Program-made: the position numbers and the translations under genes
NCBI RefSeq assembly: GCF_964188315.1
Contig: NC_135667.1
Span: 11,780,001 to 11,844,000, forward strand
Source: Podarcis muralis
Taxonomy: Eukaryota
Direction of reading: 5' to 3'
DNA: 64,000 bases
Part shown: positions 56,734 to 64,000 of the stretch, piece by piece
Layout of the letters: each line of letters starts with the position of its first letter
How positions within the stretch are numbered: the stretch's first letter is position 1
Notes under the pieces: generated by a model
The model's database searches: none
What the model was told of the DNA's origin: nothing
What the model saw: only the letters and a program-made list of their open reading frames with translations

Positions 56734-59700
56734 GGTTTTGGTGTCCTCGGGTGTCTTCCCGTGTAAAAGATGGGGTGTCTAGGCGACGTTTCGACGAGGT
56801 CTCACTCGTCATCTTCAGGCTGGTGCTTTCGGCTTCTTGTTACTGGAACAGAGCAGGATCTCAGTGTTTGAGTTCCTATAAATACTGTTGAGGAGGTGTG
56901 GTGTATAGCCTCCAATGTTCTGGGCAGAGAGGAAGTTCCCAGGCTAGTGTGCCTTTTCTTCTTTTGTTCCTTAATTACTTGAGGGATATCTTGAGTGATT
57001 TCTTGAGTGATATCCTGAGTACCACTTAGGTGGGTCATTAGGTGTGGATTAGTTGCTAAGGCCTTTGTGTCTTGACCTCTTGAACTTTGTGAAGAGTTTT
57101 TCTGAGAAGATGGCTGTACTGCACTTAGTTGTGCTCTGGCTTGGCTTCGTGTATAGGGGCGAGCTGTGGTTTTGTGGCCTGTGCCAGCCAGATCTGTGTA
57201 GGGATTGCAGGGGGGTGCAGCATCCGGAGGTGCCACCATGGTTTCAAGATATCCCTCAAGTAATTAAGGAACAAAAGAAGAAAAGGCACACTAGCCTGGG
57301 AACTTCCTCTCTGCCCAGAACATTGGAGGCTATACACCACACCTCCTCAACAGTATTTATAGGAACTCAAACACTGAGATCCTGCTCTGTTCCAGTAACA
57401 AGAAGCCGAAAGCACCAGCCTGAAGATGACGAGTGAGACCTCGTCGAAACGTCGCCTAGACACCCCATCTTTTACACGGGAAGACACCCGAGGACACCAA
57501 AACCTGCATTCCTGTACNNNNNNNNNNNNNNNNNNNNNNNNNNNNNNNNNNNNNNNNNNNNNNNNNNNNNNNNNNNNNNNNNNNNNNNNNNNNNNNNNNN
57601 NNNNNNNNNNNNNNNNNNNNNNNNNNNNNNNNNNNNNNNNNNNNNNNNNNNNNNNNNNNNNNNNNNNNNNTGTTCAACTGTTGACAACCTGACAAGTAAA
57701 GATTTATCTTCAAGTCTTTTGTAAGCCTTCTATTCTATCACAAATAGCTAAAAAACAAACAGGCTCTCAGTATATTTGATATACTATAGCATACAGTCCC
57801 CTACCTGTCTGGTTTGAAATCTTCCCTTCTGGACATGGAATACAATCATAGCAGCAAAATGGTTCCCCCTCTTTCCTTTGTCTGCTGTAACCTGGATCGC
57901 AGTGGTCATTGCACAAGGCAAGGGGCACCACCTGCCCATAAAACAGAAGGTATTGCATGTATTCCATTCTCTTTCTATTTGCTCTTTGCCTTTTCGTCGA
58001 CAGGGTGCTGCATTGAAATAAGGCACTCAGAGGGTTGTTGTTTTTTTTAATTAATTAGCACCACTAACTTACAATTACCAATATTTGTGGATATTCAACC
58101 CAATAAGGATAATACAATCATAGAGTTGTAGGGGACTCTGAGGATCATGTATTCCAACCCCCCGCAATGCAGGAATATACAGCTGTCCTATAAAGGGATC
58201 AAACTTGTGACCTTGGCATTATCAGCACCTTGCTCTAAGTGGGATCATCTTAATAGATGGTCCTGGTTGTGGGCATGCCCTCAACCCGGTCCCCCCAGCC
58301 TGGCGTGGGTGGAGTCATTACCCTCACGCCAGGGTGGCACCATGATTACTCAGGGCTATTGCCCAATCAATTTGAGTAAGGTAGTCATTGGGGGGAGTAT
58401 AAAAGCAGAAGAGCAACATGCGCCAAGCACCTGCTTCTCGCTGCCAAACACACGCCCACCCTCCCTTTAATTTAGGTGTCATCTGGCCTTGCTTTGTACT
58501 TCAGTTGGTTGTCTTGGGTAGGAATTTTTCCATTTGGCAAATTGGCACTGGCCACTTGGTTTTCCCCTACCTCTTAGCAATCGTCACAACTTTGTAAGGT
58601 TTGGAGGTTAGGCATTGGCTTATTGTTGAGTGGGGGAGGTGAGGTCGGCCATCACCTGGCCCTCCATTGTCCAAGGGTATTCAGTTAAAGGAATCCGGGG
58701 TCTGGATCCTGTCTGAAGTCTGCTTCAGTGGCTAGGGCCAGGCCAGGCCTCTGGGAACACTGGGGGAGATGCAGGCGGGTTCCCCCTGAAGCAGCTCCCC
58801 TTTGGGTGGTTTACCCTTTCAAAGGGGGCAGGAGTCCAATATAGTCTTTTGCCAATGCCTAAGCCAATACAGCTCACATTTCCTGTAATCAATAAAGTTG
58901 TGGCCAAAATTTGCTCAATAACCTTAAATAAAAAATCTGTGTCTGAGTGAATTTCATTATTATAATGGGGGATTGGCTTGAGGGTCTTGACACGCAACCA
59001 ACTGAGCCACTCAGCTAGTAAAAAGTTCAGGGAAAGAAAATATGCAAGACAATGGACCTACTGATATGCGTTTCCCTTTTATAATATGTTTTTAAAGTTG
59101 AGAAGTGGCAACTTGGTTCCTTTAAAGAAATGAATCAAAGAAATGAAACATAAATTCCTACAAAGCACAATTTTGCATTCCATGAAGACTGTGCTTGTTG
59201 CATGTGAATGTTCTTATTTTAAAACATTTATATAATTATTGGATTTTTAATTCACATTATGCATTAAGATAAATAAATTATGAAACATGGCAACAACAGA
59301 AATCAATGCAGCTAAAAGGAACTCCTTCAACAGGGTGTAAATGATTATCAAACAAATCTGATCAATTTCTACCTATAGACCTCAGAAGCTGCAATAGGGT
59401 CCTACCTGGTTAAAGCTCCGGTGCCATGTAATGATCTTTTCATCAATGGAGAAATCACTGCCCAGTGGAGCTTGGGGATCCATCTTCCCAACTTTCACTC
59501 TTAAGAAGGACTTATTTGGGAAAGTTACCCAGTTGATAATATCAAATCCACCTTCTAGCTCACATTTCTCATTAAAAAAGACAGTGTCCCCCGCACTGTT
59601 GTTAAACAAGATATTCCTCAGGAAAGGTTGAAGCTTCACGTGGAGGAAAGAGAATGGTTAATTGGGTAGAAATAGAGCACATAGCACAAAGCTTCTGTTT

Positions 59701-62700
59701 TCTCATGCTGGGATAAATTCACAGTATTTGTTGAAACTCCCCTTGAGTTTTAAGGGGAGACATGCCTGTCTAGATTCCATTTTTGTAACTAAGAAGCATT
59801 TTTTTGCATAGAAGAAGTAGCTGCCTTCATTAAATGTAAGTAAACCTTTTTAGTTTTTTCAATTTTGTGTGGTTTATTCTTAGCAACAGGTAGAAATTGA
59901 GGAAAGATCAGCAGAACACAAATGAACAGGGATAAATTGTGAAATTTCTTAATTCCTAGCTTCCAGGACGGTGCAAATCGCATAAGTGGTTTTACTCTGT
60001 TTAAAAAAAGGGCTTCACAGCCTGTTTGGCCTCATATTTCTCCACACATGTCGGACAGGAGGTTTAAACTTTAATTTTAAGTCCAACATTTCCATTCAAC
60101 TTTTTTCAGCACCTGCTAAAAACTTTCAAACATTGCAGTATTAGCAAGACATTTGACTTTAGTTTGTCAGCATGCTTCCATAGACCTTAATACAACAAAA
60201 ACTCTTGTACTGCTTATCCAGTTTCACCAAACCAATGAAAGTGTGTGTTCCTTAACAAACCAGAATCAAGTACTTCAGTAGTTTTTATCACAATTGGATA
60301 GAATTACTATGGCATGTTTGGGTAGAAAAAATAAGGTTACAAGTGTGTCTGTTAGCACTTTTAAAGTTAATTGTGGTATTTTATACCAGATCTCATTGAA
60401 ATTTGAACTATTGATAGCATCAAAAATATATAACAAATATCCTTAGTTTCTTAAGAAACAACTTTTTATCAGCAATCCATTTCTGCAGCTTATAGTCAAG
60501 GAACCATATGTTTGATTCTCACCTTCACTAGAAGCTCTTCTGTGCCCTTATAACATGGGTCAGCAAACTAAGGTCCGGGGCTGAATAAGGTCCACCAGGG
60601 TCATAAATGAGTCCTGCGGAGTCTGCCACCCACTTGGTCAGTTACCGCGCCATACTGGTTTAGCTCCGGTTTAGTTCTGCGGAGAGGCGCTTTCCTGGGA
60701 CTACATCTCCCAGCATGCTCTGAGGTTGCTCAGACTTCCGCGACGCTGGCCAATCTGAAACCTTAGCAATCTCAGGCCATTGGTCGGTTTGAGGTGAGCC
60801 AGCGGTCAATGGCGACCCTTCCTAAGGCTCACTGTTCCAATTGGGGTGAGGCGCAGGGCAGAGCCCCTCTGCACAAGCTGAGACCCAGCACCGGCAGGGT
60901 GCCCCCTCCCCAGCCCAGCCCGTGCTGTCTGAACGTGGTGAGTGGAGGTTTCTCAGTCGCTCTGTCACCGAGAGAAGAAGGAAGGATGGGAGGGAAAGGG
61001 TGTGCGTGTGCACGGTCTGGCCCACCACAAGTTCTGAAGGACAGTGAACTGGCCCCCCTCCCTGAAAAGGTTTGCTGACCAATGCCTTGTAATAATAAAT
61101 ACATAAAACTTTCCAAAGAACCAAATGAAAAGGCAACATTCTCTGTGGATATGGAATGTGCTCTCCAAGATTTAGTTTTATGTTTGGGCTATCCATTAAA
61201 AAAAATGATCTGCTTTCCATGCTAGACATTACCTGGAAATGCTGCATTTGAGGTCTCAGATAGTTACCAAGCGCCATCTCTCCCTGTTTGGTTCTGGGTG
61301 CCAACATGGCATGCAAAGCATGTGCCACAGCATAGACGGCATTGTAGATGCTGTAGCTTTGGCTGGTCATTTGCATTTCAAAAAAAGCCCCAGGAAGGCT
61401 CTCCAGCTTCTCCTCACCAGTGCAGGATTCCCCCTCCATCTCCACATCTAGAAACTGGCAACCAAATGCCTGTTGCCAGAACAACCTGATAAAGCCATCG
61501 GCCTCAGAATGGGGATTTAGGTTCAAGAGGAAAGGGTGGAACCCCTTAACCTCACTGGAATGAATGGCAAAGGATAAGGCACCATGGAAGTTTTGTATAT
61601 CCAGATCTTTGTGGTATGGTTCCGATGAGAAATCCCAGTCAGCGGTCATAACCCACACTTTGTTTATGGGACGTGCACTCAACATTATGCCTATTAGTAG
61701 CAGCCATTGCAAACTTGTCTTGGTGTTTTTCTCTGCATTGACAACAAATATATTGATGTTTGTTTTGCCTAGGGACTCGGCCATATTCCGATATTCCTCC
61801 ATCATCCCCAAATCACTAAGATCCCTGTGGGTTATCAGTCTCTTAGTGACAGCTATACAGATGCCATTCTGGGAAAGCTGGGGTGTCAACTTTTTCACAA
61901 ACGTTTCTCCTTTATCGTCTGCTGTGACAAATATCCCAACCCACTTCCACTGGAAATAGAGAAGAAGCTGAACAATGCCAGTGTATTGATGTGCTTCACT
62001 GGGGGACATTTGGTACAATGAAGAAATATGGTCTTTTTCACTCACCGCTGGAGTAAATGAAGAATAGGTGATCTAGCGAAGAACAGTGGGATTTTTAATC
62101 ACCAGGTAGGATATTTATGTGTCTTTAAGTAATCAATCACATTTTTAGTACATCATGCTTCAGCAGAGGGAGAGATTGGGACCAGAACCATTCCATTAAT
62201 GCAGATGAGAGGTCAGCTTTATTTAGGTAATCCTCATCTACTTTAGGTTTTCCATTTAAATTGGAAATCTCAATAACTTTCTGAGTTTAAGGATTAGTTT
62301 TTGAATTTGCTTTTTCTCATCTTTGCCCCTCATTTTCCTACTTTTGCCATGTCTTATAGGCAGTAGTGGATCCTTTGTATTCCGAGCTTAATATATATTT
62401 CTTAATAAATTTATTTACTAATAAACATTAATTTTCAAATTTTCTATAATACCAATACCCATCCATCTTTAACATCCCTCCCCATAAACCTTCCCTGTCT
62501 CCAAACTACATTGTCAGTGATGCAACCTAAGGGTTTTGTCATGGCAGGTGAGGGGGAACTGGTCTGGCTTTGCCACTGAGGATCCACTGGTGGATCCCAA
62601 CCTGCAGTCATAAAGATTAAAATTCTGGTTTCTTCATACCATATACCCTCAGTGGCCTGCTAAGGGGGTAGATATTAATTTCTCCTAGTCATGGCATACT

Positions 62701-63188
62701 GAACAGTGAAAGAACAGGGTAGTTTTTGTTTTTGTAAATAAATAAATAAATAAATAAATAATCAAGAAGTATTTGTTTTAGCCTGCCAAAAACATTCTCC
62801 TTTCCTTCTCCCCCTCCCAATGCCCTGGAAATATACACTAAGGATAAATCATATACAACAGTTGTGAAGTCTTCATTCCAGCTACACTCTTCCTACCTGT
62901 AGAATCTTATAAAGCTCCAAGATGGAGGCCATGTGGCTTGAAGTTTCAGAGTCAAGGCCCCCAATGGCAGCTACCAGGTTCTTCTCAACACCACACTTGT
63001 AGTTGGGGGTGGTTTTCCTATGATGAGAGATGAGGTTCAAAGTATTCTGATAAGTCATCTTTGCATCGCTGTAGCTGTCATACATCTGGAACCCCAAAGT
63101 GATGTTGGATAAAATGTTGGGGTTCTCATTGACCTCATTCACTGCAAAGACTAAGGAAAGGACATGCTGGTAGTTCTTTGGCACTGCA
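54768..63188 (-). CDS. V2R gene E (5'-partial; exon 1 beyond the window end)
   Basis: Exons 63188-62897 (292 bp), 62072-61233 (840), 59633-59406 (228), 57931-57805 (127), 55669-54768 (902); frame open throughout. Confidence 0.93.
55892..56580 (+). mobile_element. L2 LINE 3' end
   Basis: [20 protein letters not shown]; homologous to 12553-13729. Confidence 0.9.
56687..56730. repeat. (AT)n microsatellite
   Basis: Directly visible; abuts the Penelope arm. Confidence 0.95.
56783..56820 (-). ncRNA. Minimal hammerhead ribozyme motif (minus-strand arm, sense to gene E)
   Basis: Mirror copy of 57418-57455. Confidence 0.7.
57418..57455 (+). ncRNA. Minimal hammerhead ribozyme motif (plus-strand arm)
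   Basis: gc-CTGAAGA-T-GACGAG(tgagac)CTCGTC-GAAA-CG-TC-gc. Confidence 0.7.
57518..57670. other. Assembly gap (153 N)
   Basis: N run. Confidence 1.
57805..57931 (-). CDS. V2R gene E exon 5
   Basis: [14 protein letters not shown]...[12 protein letters not shown]. Confidence 0.94.
58113..59012 (-). mobile_element. tRNA-head/CR1-tail SINE split by an LTR-like insertion
   Basis: ...ACCTTGCTCTAA | insertion | CCAACTGAGC rejoins into a tRNA-like head. Confidence 0.55.
58239..58997 (+). mobile_element. LTR-like repeat (Ngaro/DIRS-like), copy 4
   Basis: TATAAAA 58398-58404; shared block; AATAAA 58891-58896; no TG..CA termini or TSD. Confidence 0.7.
59406..59633 (-). CDS. V2R gene E exon 4
   Basis: [16 protein letters not shown]...HRSFNQ; AAG acceptor. 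Confidence 0.9.
60554..61084. mobile_element. Non-autonomous hAT element
   Basis: TIRs CATGGGTCAGCAAAC / GTTTGCTGACCAATG; 8-bp TSD CCTTATAA/CCTTGTAA. Confidence 0.85.
61233..62072 (-). CDS. V2R gene E exon 3
   Basis: ITYSSF...QWKWVG...[12 protein letters not shown]...[12 protein letters not shown]. Confidence 0.94.
62897..63188 (-). CDS. V2R gene E exon 2
   Basis: [23 protein letters not shown]...LYKILQ. Confidence 0.94.
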
Positions 63189-64000
63189 CTGAAAAAAATA
63201 GAGGGGTTATGCATGTGGTGGGTTTTCCTGCTTCTGTCTTGCTGCCGCTGAACAGACCTCATGTTTTGAAAGTGGATAAGCACACAAACACAGACATTAT
63301 CCCCTAAGATTATAATCTGAGGAGATGCAATGAAATTGAATTTTGAAAGATCCAGGGGAGACAAAAGCAAGTAAACACTTAGGTAAGCTATGAAATTTAT
63401 TCCCACAAGTGTTAGTGATGGCCAACAACTTATATGGCTTTAAATGAAGATTTGACATTTGCAATGAGGGATATAGCTATTAAGCACAGTGGCTAGGTTC
63501 TCTCCCCGGCATTGGAGGCACCATGCCTTTGAATCCCAGTTTCTGGGAATAGGAGCTGAGAAGACTGCTTTAATGCTCAGGACTTGCTTGTGGGTTTCTC
63601 ATGGCCACCCGTTGACTACTGTGAGTGTAGGGCTATATAGGCCTTTGGCCAGACCCAGCAAGGCCTTTCTTACATTTGCTGGTTCTTATGACCTCTCTGT
63701 GGAGAGCAGAATGAAATGTATGGCACAACTGCTGAAGGGTAGAGTATGAAAAAAGTTCAGAAGGGGAAAATATGGCTGCAGATGAAATATGAATTTCAAA
63801 GGATGTCAGTGTTTTGGTTTAAAAAACATTTCAGGAAATCTGAATTAGTTAGGTGTCCCTTTTAATGTAAATTGAGCTAACGTTCTCATCTACTCCTACT
63901 TATGGACAGTCCAGGCGATGGTCCCATGTCATTGACTCTAGCTCAATCTACTGATGGTCTGCCTGTCCTCTCTACTACAAATCCTACTAGCGACCTGCCA

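Larger units (their letters stand above)
56729..57517. mobile_element. Penelope-like element in inverted arrangement (266-bp perfect arms, 249-bp spacer)
   Basis: 56729-56994 is the reverse complement of 57244-57509; each arm has a PLE-type hammerhead core. Confidence 0.85.

Noticed and set aside
56802-57436. Two ORFs with identical C-termini on opposite strands
   Set aside because: A direct consequence of the Penelope inverted repeat, not a novel gene pair.
60822-61232. 136-codon open read-through past the gene E exon-3 donor
   Set aside because: It runs into a GC-rich non-autonomous hAT element, has no domain similarity, and the GT donor is canonical; most likely chance.
1-64000. CRISPR arrays, operons, rRNA or other prokaryotic systems
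   Set aside because: The sequence is spliceosomal vertebrate DNA; no repeat-spacer arrays or rRNA were seen.

Overview
Eukaryotic DNA from a squamate reptile, probably a lacertid lizard (inferred from the Sauria SINE, Squam3-like SINE and MITE families). The window is part of a tandem cluster of vomeronasal type-2 receptor (V2R, class C GPCR) genes. It holds five paralogs: A (+, exons 5-6 only), B (+, complete, 872 aa), C (-, complete, 875 aa), D (-, complete, 877 aa) and E (-, exons 2-6), plus a decayed TM6-7 relic. All splice sites and phases could be traced. Introns and spacers are packed with TEs (L1, L2, CR1, BovB, Penelope, hAT/Tc1 MITEs, SINEs, LTR-like repeats). Highlights: (1) a very young Copia element with identical LTRs, a half-tRNAiMet-type primer site and an internal deletion, inserted 38 nt into intron 3 of gene D; (2) a perfect 266-bp Penelope inverted repeat with a hammerhead-ribozyme core on each strand in gene E; (3) a ~60-bp upstream block conserved at similar spacing in genes B, C and D (candidate V2R promoter element); (4) TE-supplied stop/poly(A) signals after exon 3 in genes B and D that could yield TM-less V2R isoforms. 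There are two assembly gaps. TE family names come from recognition, not database search, and many TE boundaries are approximate.
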